This document shows positions 23,272-32,354 of a DNA stretch of 64,000 nt, one piece after another. Source of the DNA: a phage; sequence record PZ445523.1, one strand, 5' to 3'. A program made the translations under genes and the position numbers. The notes under the pieces are model-generated. The model made no database searches and was not told the DNA's origin. It worked only from the letters and a program-made list of their open reading frames with translations. Numbering within the stretch: position 1 is the stretch's first letter; every line of letters starts with the position of its first letter.

Positions 23272-25331
23272 TACATTTTGAACTTTTTAGACATTCCGTT
23301 GATGTTAACCAAAGAAGCTAAGATTTGAGAAACTTCATTTTCCTCTTCTTTTGATTCTTCTACAAGGAATTGATTAAATCCAGTCATTGGACGAACTTCA
23401 CCAGTTTCCATTAAATGGTCGCCATCATATACTGATTCTTCTAATTGTTCAGAAGGAGGAACGATTGTACCTTCGATTAGATACTTGTTATAAGCAGTTT
23501 CTTTCATAAAGTACGTACTTACTTTATTAATCTTTAGTAAAATTCCACGCGGTAGAATAACTTCAGCTTCTGTTGCTATTCCGAGACTTCCTGGATATAC
23601 AACATTAACTTTATGAGCTCCATCAATTGCCCATCCTATTTGAACTTTAACGTATTCAGGATTTTCTTTATACGCTCTTATTTCGTTTGGATTAATAGTT
23701 ATTCCTTCTTCATTTTTATCAACTGTTAATTCATTGCGAGCTTCTGGTTCTAAAAGACCAATACCAGCATGTGTAATTCCAAAACGTCCAAAAATGATAG
23801 GAGTTAAAGAAGTAGATACAAAATTTCTGAAATAGAACACTTTATTTTTAACTAGTGCTTCGTATATAGGAGCAGTCATACTTTGAGCACGATAAACTGT
23901 GATGCCTTCCGGTATACGGTCACCATTTTCAAAAGCTGAATCTAAATTATTTATAGCAGATTCAATTTCTTTTTCACTCATTACATCATATCGTTCTGGA
24001 TTGTAACGACCTAAAAGAAGATTATTAATGTCTGTATATCCTGAACCACAATATTCTCTAATACCGCGCTTTTGTGATGGAGTATATTTAGAACCATCAC
24101 GAGCAATAGTAATATCAATCATTGGACCTGCACCAATTCCGGAAAAGCTATAAATCATTCGTTTGAGGAATTTAGTTTTTGCTGCATTCCAGGCATTTTT
24201 AGTTATTTCTCCCCAGACTTCATCTGGTTGCCCTTTACGAGTTTTATTATGTTTATCAAGCCAATTATCTTTATATTCTTCAAAGAATTTATTAATAGCT
24301 GCTGCGTATTTCTCTAAACATTTTATTGAAGTAGTTGGTTCATTTTTGATTGCGTTAAAAATTACATCTTTAATTTTTTCTGAAACTTCATCAACCTCAC
24401 TTTTTGAAAAGAATTTATAGTCATAGTGAAGTTCATTCGCAGTTCCTTCAGCAATAATTTTTGCTGCCTTAGTTTTAGAAGCTAATGAATTAATTCCAAG
24501 TTTCATTTCTTCTGCTTCGGGAATTAAAGGAGCGGTAGCAGGTTTATTGAAATTAGCTGCGGTAGATTCATACTTCTGGAATAATTCACTTTCAAATCTA
24601 GAAGATTCCAATGATTGACTTTGCGCAATTGCTCTACGGGAAATTTTAACTTTAACGATTACAGCTTGGTCAGTACGTTTATCATTTTCTTGTGCAATAG
24701 ATGCTGCAATTGCCTCATTTTTAGTTACTTGAGCTCCAGTATCTTTATTGATATAAACATCACCGACCTTCGATTCAACTTTAGTAAAGAGCTCAGTACT
24801 AATTTCCGGAACTCCTGGAATGTCTTCTAGTGATACATTTTTGCGATGTATAAGAATATATGCATACTTTTTATCGTAATCCCAGAGTTCCTTAAGAAGG
24901 ACGTATCTACCACCTGAACGACTACGGATAAGTCTATCAGCAATAACTTGAATTTGTCGAGCTTGTCCAGCAGTTTTAGACTTAAGAATACGAAGCATAC
25001 AAGCATCAATTTTATACTGACGCATAGTTTGCATTGCAACAGTAAAAACTGAATTGATATAATTAATTGGGCTTGGACCAAGACCTTTTAATTTAGCAAT
25101 TGAACCTTTAGCAGTTAATGTAAAAGGAACAATATGCATCATTTTATCACCCATTTTTAAATCGCGATTAGTATCACCTCCAGATGTATAGGTACATAAA
25201 CGAAAGCCTGGTTGTTCAATTGCGTCATCAACATGAACTGAAAAAATTTGCGGTATTTTCTTCTTTGGATTTAAGTTTGTAATCGGAAGAGTAGTATCTT
25301 CGTCAAATAATTCTGTAATAAGTTCCATCAT
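23271..25331 (-). CDS. alt: Alt ADP-ribosyltransferase (virion-packaged, modifies host RNA polymerase)
   Basis: 686-aa ORF, T4 Alt is 682 aa, position between 54 and 30; TATAAATA on minus strand 21 nt upstream. Confidence 0.85.
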   Translation of the reverse strand: MMELITELFDEDTTLPITNLNPKKKIPQIFSVHVDDAIEQPGFRLCTYTSGGDTNRDLKMGDKMMHIVPFTLTAKGSIAKLKGLGPSPINYINSVFTVAMQTMRQYKIDACMLRILKSKTAGQARQIQVIADRLIRSRSGGRYVLLKELWDYDKKYAYILIHRKNVSLEDIPGVPEISTELFTKVESKVGDVYINKDTGAQVTKNEAIAASIAQENDKRTDQAVIVKVKISRRAIAQSQSLESSRFESELFQKYESTAANFNKPATAPLIPEAEEMKLGINSLASKTKAAKIIAEGTANELHYDYKFFSKSEVDEVSEKIKDVIFNAIKNEPTTSIKCLEKYAAAINKFFEEYKDNWLDKHNKTRKGQPDEVWGEITKNAWNAAKTKFLKRMIYSFSGIGAGPMIDITIARDGSKYTPSQKRGIREYCGSGYTDINNLLLGRYNPERYDVMSEKEIESAINNLDSAFENGDRIPEGITVYRAQSMTAPIYEALVKNKVFYFRNFVSTSLTPIIFGRFGITHAGIGLLEPEARNELTVDKNEEGITINPNEIRAYKENPEYVKVQIGWAIDGAHKVNVVYPGSLGIATEAEVILPRGILLKINKVSTYFMKETAYNKYLIEGTIVPPSEQLEESVYDGDHLMETGEVRPMTGFNQFLVEESKEEENEVSQILASLVNINGMSKKFKM

Positions 25332-25351
25332 ATCCTCTCTAGTGTTTATTC

Positions 25352-25359
25352 TATTTATA
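25352..25359 (-). promoter_or_regulatory. late promoter TATAAATA (minus strand) upstream of alt
   Basis: plus-strand TATTTATA 21 nt upstream of alt ATG, followed by GAGAGGA RBS. Confidence 0.5.
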
Positions 25360-25380
25360 AAATTAAAGGCCCGAAGGCCT

Positions 25381-25569
25381 TTAATAATCTATTGGTAAGA
25401 GAGTACGATATATTTCAAACTTTGGACCTTTTTCATAAGCATCAAATGTTTCTGTGAATTTATTATAAGCATATGCATCTATAAATTCAATCATGATTTG
25501 TGATACAGAAGTAGAAACATCTCCACCTTCTTTTTGAGCCACGACAATTGTTTCTAAGTAAGCTTTCAT
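25381..25569 (-). CDS. hypothetical small protein
   Basis: 62-aa ORF, ATGA-coupled to gene 30 stop. Confidence 0.4.
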   Translation of the reverse strand: MKAYLETIVVAQKEGGDVSTSVSQIMIEFIDAYAYNKFTETFDAYEKGPKFEIYRTLLPIDY

Positions 25570-27029
25570 AGACCAGTTACCTCATGAAAATCACCAAATA
25601 CATCTTCGAACGTATTAGCTTTAGTTTTATCTTCACGTAAACGAATCGCAATTGGAAGAAATAATTTAACGTAATCAGTGCGGCCATCAGATTTTAACCA
25701 ACCGTTGCATTCACACTCTAGAATTTTTCCAATATAATAATTTTGGTTTTCCATAATGCGAGTACGGTCAAGTTCATGCGATTTTACACCGGCTTTATCT
25801 TTTAAGCCTGAACCGGCATTTACTTTAATTTTTCCACACTCTGATTCAAGAATAAATCCACCCGCTTTAGTAGGGTCTTTACGGTGAGGATAAATTCCTA
25901 CAATTTTTAAATCAACATCAATTACTTCTTTAAATTTATAGAGATTTTTTGAACGAGCATTTTCCCATAATCCATCGATATTTTTGAGAATAATACCTTC
26001 AAGACCTTGGTCAATATACTTTTTATAAATTACCTTAGCTTCATCTAGGTTATTTACTACCCGGTTTTCAATTAAAATTACTTTATCATATCCTGATGTC
26101 ATTTGTTCTAGTTTAGAAAAACGTACATCATATTTCAAACGAAATGCAGGAAGACCGTATATTTCTACCAACGGGACATAATCCCAGACCTGAAACTTCA
26201 TGCATTGTGCTTCTTTTTCAGAAATAGTTCCCTTTAAAGATTTATTGGCGATGCCATTAGATGCAGTACGTGATTCAGCTACTTCTGTGAAGTCTTTAAC
26301 TTTACTGTTTTCAGGATGAGCATCAAAAAGAAAATCTAGGCCTTCTGGCTCCTTTTTAACTTGCTCATGGTATACCAATTCGCCATCAATTAACACACCT
26401 TCTGGATGAATCTGGCGAGCTTCAGCGGTCATTTTGATTAACTCTTCTTTAAGAAGATCTAATCCTAGATATTCATTACCGGCTCGTGATAAAAGACGAA
26501 CATCATCTAATTCATCACCTCTGACTTCAGCAAAGCACCGAGCCCCATCAGCTTTTAACTGGGCAAAGGCTGGAAATTTGATATTCTTATTAATGCCTTT
26601 TTCATCATAAGAACTTGCGAGCATTTGAGGTTGTTCAGGAATTAAACCTGGCCAAACTTTGTTTGCAATAGATACTGAAGCACCACATTCAAGGTCTCTC
26701 ATCATCACTCGACGCAAAACTTCAACATCATCTTTTTTACCATCGGTGATGTATCCAGTTAATTCCTCAATTGCCGCATTTCCAGTCAATTTCCGAGTAG
26801 CTAATGTAAATTCAATGAAATCAAGCATATCGGTAAGAGTCAACATTCCAAAACTCTGGGTAGCAATACCAGGTTTAGGCCATTTCTTGATATAATACTG
26901 CAACCCACGAGAATAAGTCAGACGATATACCCGTTTAAGCAATTCATTATCTTTATTCTTTTCAAGAATTGCTTGTTTTTGTTTAGTTGAACCAATAGAT
27001 GCTATTTCGTTCAGAATTTTAAGAATCAT
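25566..27029 (-). CDS. 30: ATP-dependent DNA ligase
   Basis: 487-aa ORF with adenylation motif LKADGAR (KxDG); T4 gp30 size. Confidence 0.92.
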   Translation of the reverse strand: MILKILNEIASIGSTKQKQAILEKNKDNELLKRVYRLTYSRGLQYYIKKWPKPGIATQSFGMLTLTDMLDFIEFTLATRKLTGNAAIEELTGYITDGKKDDVEVLRRVMMRDLECGASVSIANKVWPGLIPEQPQMLASSYDEKGINKNIKFPAFAQLKADGARCFAEVRGDELDDVRLLSRAGNEYLGLDLLKEELIKMTAEARQIHPEGVLIDGELVYHEQVKKEPEGLDFLFDAHPENSKVKDFTEVAESRTASNGIANKSLKGTISEKEAQCMKFQVWDYVPLVEIYGLPAFRLKYDVRFSKLEQMTSGYDKVILIENRVVNNLDEAKVIYKKYIDQGLEGIILKNIDGLWENARSKNLYKFKEVIDVDLKIVGIYPHRKDPTKAGGFILESECGKIKVNAGSGLKDKAGVKSHELDRTRIMENQNYYIGKILECECNGWLKSDGRTDYVKLFLPIAIRLREDKTKANTFEDVFGDFHEVTGL

Positions 27030-27295
27030 TGTTCATCCTTTAGAGTTTGGTTTACAGCTCTATTATAAATCAATTCATCATTAAGCTCAGTCAAAGACCT
27101 GTGGTACGTGGTTCTAACTTTATTTCCTTGCATCCAGTGCTTGACGTAAATGAAACCTTGCTCTACACATTTTTTAAAAATTCGTTCGTCTTTTTGAGCT
27201 CGGAATTCTGGATTGCATCTAAAAAATTGATTTACGTGACCGTAATCACGTGTAGTATTACCTTCATTTTCATAAATAGTGTGAACAACAAACAT
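27026..27295 (-). CDS. hypothetical protein (30.1 position)
   Basis: 89-aa ORF coupled to gene 30. Confidence 0.5.
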   Translation of the reverse strand: MFVVHTIYENEGNTTRDYGHVNQFFRCNPEFRAQKDERIFKKCVEQGFIYVKHWMQGNKVRTTYHRSLTELNDELIYNRAVNQTLKDEQ

Positions 27296-28131
27296 TAGAA
27301 TGCTCCTTGGAAAATATTATCACCACAAGTAGGTCTATTATACAAATACTCTATACCACCGGGTTTAATATAGTTCCATGTCTGAAACGGATGCGTCTGA
27401 TATGGATGATATAGATTATAAGGATTAAATCCAGGAGTTCTCCAGGCAGTGTTCCAAGGAAAAGAATCGTTTTTAATCATCTTTTCAATTACATCTTTTA
27501 TAGCTTTTTCACTATCAAAACTTTCTTTATTTTCCTTTGGTGAAAAAAGCTTATTCTCTACATCATTCCATGTATAAACTCGCTGTGCAGTTTTTGGAAT
27601 ACTGTCACGTTCCCCTCGAGCCATCCAATAAACAGGAACATTTAATATTTCACTCGCATGATCGCAATGGTGAGCGAGATCGTCAATATAACAAATTACG
27701 TTATATTTCTCTTTTGCCTTTTTGAACAACTCTTCTTTTGAAGAATCATGACCACACATCATTACTTCTGAGAAGGCACCGGGAAAAAGAGCATTCAAAT
27801 TAAATTGACGATTTAATAGAGCGTCAATAGAATCACCCAATGCTGTAACAGCTACAAAATTATAATCTTCTTTTAATTTGTTAATTACACACAGAGCATC
27901 TTTATATGGAGACAAGTAACGAATAAAATCTGAACGATTGTATTTTTCAATTAGCTTAACGCCAAGCTCTTCATCACAGTTAAAGAGTTTACCAGGTGAA
28001 ATAAATTTCTCATCTTGGATCATTTTTAAAATATGTTCTAACGGAAGATTATATTTCTGAGCAAAATAAGGAAGGCCTGATTGCCAGCTTAAACATACTC
28101 CATCAATATCAGTTAAAATAGTAGGCTTCAT
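27295..28131 (-). CDS. hypothetical protein (30.2 position)
   Basis: 278-aa ORF. Confidence 0.55.
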   Translation of the reverse strand: MKPTILTDIDGVCLSWQSGLPYFAQKYNLPLEHILKMIQDEKFISPGKLFNCDEELGVKLIEKYNRSDFIRYLSPYKDALCVINKLKEDYNFVAVTALGDSIDALLNRQFNLNALFPGAFSEVMMCGHDSSKEELFKKAKEKYNVICYIDDLAHHCDHASEILNVPVYWMARGERDSIPKTAQRVYTWNDVENKLFSPKENKESFDSEKAIKDVIEKMIKNDSFPWNTAWRTPGFNPYNLYHPYQTHPFQTWNYIKPGGIEYLYNRPTCGDNIFQGAF

Positions 28132-28592
28132 AAAGAGTCTCTTAATAGGTTTAACACATCAATAAATTCAGCTTCGGTTAGTATTGTATCATCTTTTGTT
28201 AGACCACTAGCCATGCTGTGCTTCAAAACTTTTCCTTTCGAGGCTTGTAATGCATCACGAAAGCCCTTGTTTTGGATCGCTGCTTCAAAATATGCATTTG
28301 TGTATAATTCTTTCCACGCCGGGGAGTATCTTGAAAATGGAACTCCAAGCCAGAAGAGGGTCCCACGGTCCTGAGCTCTAACATAAGACCTTCCAGCTTG
28401 TTGGGCGGCAAGCCCGGATAACCCAAATATACGACGTTGTTGTTCAACATTTTTCACCTTGCATCCTTGGAGGAATCCTTCAAGACCTCCGAATTGAATA
28501 CCATCCATAACGAAAGGCCATTGGGCGAAATTACTTAATGCACATGATGGCCACCTAAAATTACTTCTAATCTCTAACTCAGACATTTTCAA
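28128..28592 (-). CDS. hypothetical protein (30.3 position)
   Basis: 154-aa ORF, overlaps neighbours by 4 nt. Confidence 0.5.
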   Translation of the reverse strand: MKMSELEIRSNFRWPSCALSNFAQWPFVMDGIQFGGLEGFLQGCKVKNVEQQRRIFGLSGLAAQQAGRSYVRAQDRGTLFWLGVPFSRYSPAWKELYTNAYFEAAIQNKGFRDALQASKGKVLKHSMASGLTKDDTILTEAEFIDVLNLLRDSL

Positions 28593-28785
28593 TGCTTATA
28601 ATTTCAACATCAGCCCAATGACCATAGTTTGGTAGACGAAATTCAACTGGCCAGTCACTGCCTTTTTCTAATATAATAGACTTAACTTGTGGTTCTTCAT
28701 GTTCATCAGTATACGGATTTTTATCTGTTACTTTATATGTGACCTTAATGTACTGAATTCCAAAAATCTTATTAATTATATTCAT
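28579..28785 (-). CDS. hypothetical protein
   Basis: 68-aa ORF in coupled chain. Confidence 0.45.
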   Translation of the reverse strand: MNIINKIFGIQYIKVTYKVTDKNPYTDEHEEPQVKSIILEKGSDWPVEFRLPNYGHWADVEIISIENV

Positions 28786-28979
28786 ACTAATTCCTTTAAT
28801 CCGTAGATAGGAGATAATTCATCACCCATACGAAGGTCTTCATTCCCATCTACCCAAGAAACAATATAAGCCTCTTTTACTTGAACATCTCCCAATTTAA
28901 ATGCGGGTAAAACCTTAGAAATTAATCCAGGTATACCAACTCCCTTTAATTCAACGGTTTGACCTAAAAAGAATTTCAT
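28782..28979 (-). CDS. hypothetical protein
   Basis: 65-aa ORF in coupled chain. Confidence 0.45.
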   Translation of the reverse strand: MKFFLGQTVELKGVGIPGLISKVLPAFKLGDVQVKEAYIVSWVDGNEDLRMGDELSPIYGLKELV

Positions 28980-29266
28980 TAAAACCTCATCTGAAAACCA
29001 TGTGATTTAACATTACCGCCATTAATATCAGAACTATTAATTTCACGTGCAATTGAAGGATCAATGTCAATTTCGCCATTAAGTTTAATGATAGACAAAG
29101 TATCACACCCATTTACAGTGCGGAACTCTAAAGGACAAACCGCATCAACGTAGTTTTTAATCGATTCACTGGTAGGCTGCAAATGAGCAGAAAGGTCTTT
29201 AGGTGCCTTTGAGAAAACCACTTCACAGAAATTTTTGCGGGTATCAAAATAAGTAGTCATAAACAT
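28979..29266 (-). CDS. hypothetical protein
   Basis: track ORF to 29362 runs through a hairpin; ATG at 29266 with GAGGAAA RBS gives 95 aa. Confidence 0.5.
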   Translation of the reverse strand: MFMTTYFDTRKNFCEVVFSKAPKDLSAHLQPTSESIKNYVDAVCPLEFRTVNGCDTLSIIKLNGEIDIDPSIAREINSSDINGGNVKSHGFQMRF

Positions 29267-29319
29267 AATATTTTCCTCAGTAAGGGGCCGAAGCCCTTTT
29301 CTTTTGTTTGTATAAGATA

Positions 29320-29350
29320 ATACTATCACAAAGGAACCGTTACTGTAAAC
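29320..29350 (-). promoter_or_regulatory. early-type promoter between two UUCG hairpins
   Basis: GTTTAC -35 at 29345-29350 and TGATAGTAT-like -10. Confidence 0.4.
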
Positions 29351-29380
29351 AACTTTGTGCAATCTTTGGAAAATAAAAAA

Positions 29381-29398
29381 GGACTCCCGAAGGAGTCC
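29381..29398 (-). terminator. intrinsic terminator after the small basic protein ORF
   Basis: GGACTCC-TTCG-GGAGTCC followed by TTTTTTATTTT on minus strand. Confidence 0.6.
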
Positions 29399-29403
29399 TC
29401 AAC

Positions 29404-29580
29404 TTATGCTTTCTGCTTACCAAAACGAGAAGCATCATCTCGAAGAACCGCACGTGCTCGACGCATGATCTTCTCAACAGTTTGATTGATACGAGAGTTC
29501 GACCCACGCTTGTAGCCAGCGCGTTTAGAATCACCAACTTTCTTTTCAACTGCTTTCTTTGCTTTAGCTTGTTTTGCCAT
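29404..29580 (-). CDS. small highly basic Lys/Arg-rich protein
   Basis: ATG 29580 with AAGAGA RBS gives 58 aa MAKQAKAKKAVEKK...; terminator hairpin directly downstream. Confidence 0.45.
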   Translation of the reverse strand: MAKQAKAKKAVEKKVGDSKRAGYKRGSNSRINQTVEKIMRRARAVLRDDASRFGKQKA

Positions 29581-29868
29581 TATAAATTCTCTTTTAAATG
29601 AAAATGCAGGACTTATTGGCATTGCCTGCGCAAGCCCTCAAGGGGAACATAGGTTTTGAATATTTACCGACAGGATAACCATAAACCTCGTCATCATACC
29701 ACCAAGACTTACACAGATAACACTTTTCTGACGCATGATAGTAACATTCAAGAGGTACACCATAAAACTGCCGGGGTCTTAAAACTACAATGATTCGCAA
29801 ATCATTAATCAGACAGTTCGATGGCTCCTCGATTTTAGCTCACACTAAGGCAGTGAATCTCCAATAAA

Positions 29869-30117
29869 TTACTTCAATGTTACCACAAAGTGACGAACTG
29901 CTTTTCGTGCAGCAGAAGCCAGAGGCTTAGCATATTTAAGTTCATCTTTTTCCTGAAGCTCAGCAGCTAATGCAGTTTGAGCAGGATTCAGATGTTTGAA
30001 ATAACGCAGGATTTCAAGAGCTTCGGCTTCAACATCAATAGATGCGCCATAGTTTTCGTGACCATTATTCCATGCGTTTCGTTGCAGTTCAAGAGCGTGT
30101 TGTAATTGTTTAATCAT
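29869..30117 (-). CDS. hypothetical protein
   Basis: 82-aa ORF downstream of a long leader. Confidence 0.45.
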   Translation of the reverse strand: MIKQLQHALELQRNAWNNGHENYGASIDVEAEALEILRYFKHLNPAQTALAAELQEKDELKYAKPLASAARKAVRHFVVTLK

Positions 30118-30264
30118 TTAAAAATTCTCGTTAGAGATTAAAACTCGGTAGTCACGTTCTTCTGAATTTCATCTTCTTTCGACAGATCTCTCAGTTGTAG
30201 ACTACCACGTAGAATTGTTCGGTTAACTTATTATTCCGACACCCAATTCATATTATTATTTATA

Positions 30265-30600
30265 TCACTTATAAAGACACGGAATAGCTTTATAGTGACA
30301 AGTAACGAATTTTTGTTTAATTTCTTTTGGCTGCTTAAGACCCAAAGCTACAAAAGGATGCGGAACATTTCGAATTTGACCAACTGGAAGAGAAGTCAAA
30401 TCACCAACTTCGCAGAAACCTTCAGGAACATCAGGACCGACAGAGTGAACTACACACAGTTCAGGAACTTCACCTTGGACACGTTTACCAATAATAAGTC
30501 CTGATTCTGTAACTTCTTCATCACCAGCTTGTGCAGGTTCAGAAACTAAAATAACATATTCACCGACAGCACGAATTGGTAGCTGTTGTACTTCAGACAT
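30265..30600 (-). CDS. 31: co-chaperonin gp31 (GroES analogue)
   Basis: 111-aa [32 protein letters not shown]..., T4 gp31 size. Confidence 0.9.
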
Positions 30601-30630
30601 CGTTTTTCCTTTTTGTTAACAGATGAATTA

Positions 30631-30655
30631 ATAATAACAAATAATTCTTAAAGCA
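30631..30655 (-). promoter_or_regulatory. MotA-dependent middle promoter for gene 31
   Basis: MotA box AAATGCTTTA then 12 nt then TATTAT. Confidence 0.45.
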
Positions 30656-30656
30656 T

Positions 30657-30965
30657 TTATTTACCAATAAATTGGAGTAAATGCTCAACTTTCATACCAT
30701 TAACAGAAATCAATTTGTCAATAGAAAAACCTCGCCATGCACCAAGTTCAACATCAAATACTGGAATCATGTCAGTAGATTCTTTCCGAGTAGATTCAGT
30801 CAATTTGCCGGTTTGCATGGTTGGCATAAAGTCTGCATCACGAGTACCTTTCATAACACGAATAGTACCATCAGACTTTTCAAAAACTACGTTTGAAACA
30901 CCCATGGACAATTTAGTTTTCAAAATTTCGCGAATTGCTACTTTTTGTTCAGTCGTCAGTTTCAT
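30657..30965 (-). CDS. hypothetical protein (31.1 position)
   Basis: 102-aa ORF. Confidence 0.5.
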   Translation of the reverse strand: MKLTTEQKVAIREILKTKLSMGVSNVVFEKSDGTIRVMKGTRDADFMPTMQTGKLTESTRKESTDMIPVFDVELGAWRGFSIDKLISVNGMKVEHLLQFIGK

Positions 30966-31202
30966 TTATTTACCTATTACAGTTTTAATATGAGTTGTTC
31001 CACGTTCTTTAAGGGTGGAAAGTAATTTTTGGCATTTTTCTAAATCAGATTTCCAACTATATGGTCTATCATTACAAACCCAATTTGTCTTATAATACTG
31101 TTTCCATTTAGAGAAAAAATATTTCTTATACTCTACAGCAAATGAGATGTTCTCGTTAGAATAAGAACTAATTGCTGTGAGCTTTACCAAACGAAATTTC
31201 AT
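30966..31202 (-). CDS. hypothetical protein (31.2 position)
   Basis: 78-aa ORF. Confidence 0.45.
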   Translation of the reverse strand: MKFRLVKLTAISSYSNENISFAVEYKKYFFSKWKQYYKTNWVCNDRPYSWKSDLEKCQKLLSTLKERGTTHIKTVIGK

Positions 31203-31783
31203 TATTCACCACAGAATTCGTTGATATTTTCCCAGTTTAACTTATTCAAGTTTTTCTTAGGAACATTAAACACTTCAATACCTGCATTTCGCAGAATATC
31301 ATCCCAGCCAGGTTTATTTTTATCATATGTTTCGCAGTAAACCAGCTTTTTAATACCAGATTGAGCTATCGCTTTTGCGCAATCTGGACATGGAGAAAGT
31401 GTTACATACATAGTAGCACCTTCAATAGAAGAACCATTTCGCGCAGCAAACAAAATTGCATTTAGTTCAGCATGAATTTCATTTTTAGACGACCATTCAG
31501 AGTGAGCGCCGCGATGTTCTTTCGCCAAGACAAAACGATCAGTTGAACCAAATGATACACATTCAGGCTTATGACCTTGAATGATAGTATGTTTAGGTTT
31601 ATTTAGCAACCAACCTTGCTCAGCAGCATAATCACAACAGTTCACACCCCCTGCGGGGGAACCATTATACCCAGTAGAAATAATACGTCCATTCTTTTCA
31701 ATTACTGCTCCTACCTTCCAGGAGCAACATTTTGATTCCTGCGATACTAAATATGCAATTTGAAGTACTGTACTCGCTTTCAT
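31202..31783 (-). CDS. cd: dCMP deaminase
   Basis: 193-aa ORF with zinc-binding HAE...PCPDC cytidine-deaminase motifs. Confidence 0.9.
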   Translation of the reverse strand: MKASTVLQIAYLVSQESKCCSWKVGAVIEKNGRIISTGYNGSPAGGVNCCDYAAEQGWLLNKPKHTIIQGHKPECVSFGSTDRFVLAKEHRGAHSEWSSKNEIHAELNAILFAARNGSSIEGATMYVTLSPCPDCAKAIAQSGIKKLVYCETYDKNKPGWDDILRNAGIEVFNVPKKNLNKLNWENINEFCGE

Positions 31784-32118
31784 TTCATAATCACCAGATA
31801 AGCAGATTTAGCAGTTTCAACACGATAAATTTCGTGACGAAGTTTAGTTATACTTTTAATAACAGAACTAATTATATTCTGCCCATCTTTAAAGCGGTTT
31901 TTCTTATCAATAAAAACTGCGCCAGTCATCTTTTTGTGAAGCTCAACTGGATACTTCGTCACAATAATTGCATCATACACAGAAGGATGAATACTATTCA
32001 CCAGAGTATCATTCATTAAAGTTATTCTAATGAACTGTGCTGTTTCAGAATCAAGCGCTCTATGATCGCCAGTATCATTTTCAAGACAATTATCAATTAT
32101 ATCAGTTAAATTCATCAT
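31780..32118 (-). CDS. hypothetical protein (cd.1 position)
   Basis: 112-aa ORF. Confidence 0.5.
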   Translation of the reverse strand: MMNLTDIIDNCLENDTGDHRALDSETAQFIRITLMNDTLVNSIHPSVYDAIIVTKYPVELHKKMTGAVFIDKKNRFKDGQNIISSVIKSITKLRHEIYRVETAKSAYLVIMK

Positions 32119-32354
32119 AGTACGCCATACACCCTTTGTGCTTCAACTAATCCATCAAAATCCAGTTTAAGATGCGATATTTGATCGCCATCGCCTGGAT
32201 TCACAATTACTAATACTGAACGAGGAGTTTCGGTAATAACACGAACCGATGTTTCAGGAAATCGTTCAGAAACCTTATTTACTAATTCCTGTGCAAATAG
32301 TTTAACTTTTTCTTGGAATTCTTTAACAGTAATTGGTTTTTCACTTAGTAGCAT
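32115..32354 (-). CDS. hypothetical protein
   Basis: 79-aa ORF. Confidence 0.5.
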   Translation of the reverse strand: MLLSEKPITVKEFQEKVKLFAQELVNKVSERFPETSVRVITETPRSVLVIVNPGDGDQISHLKLDFDGLVEAQRVYGVL

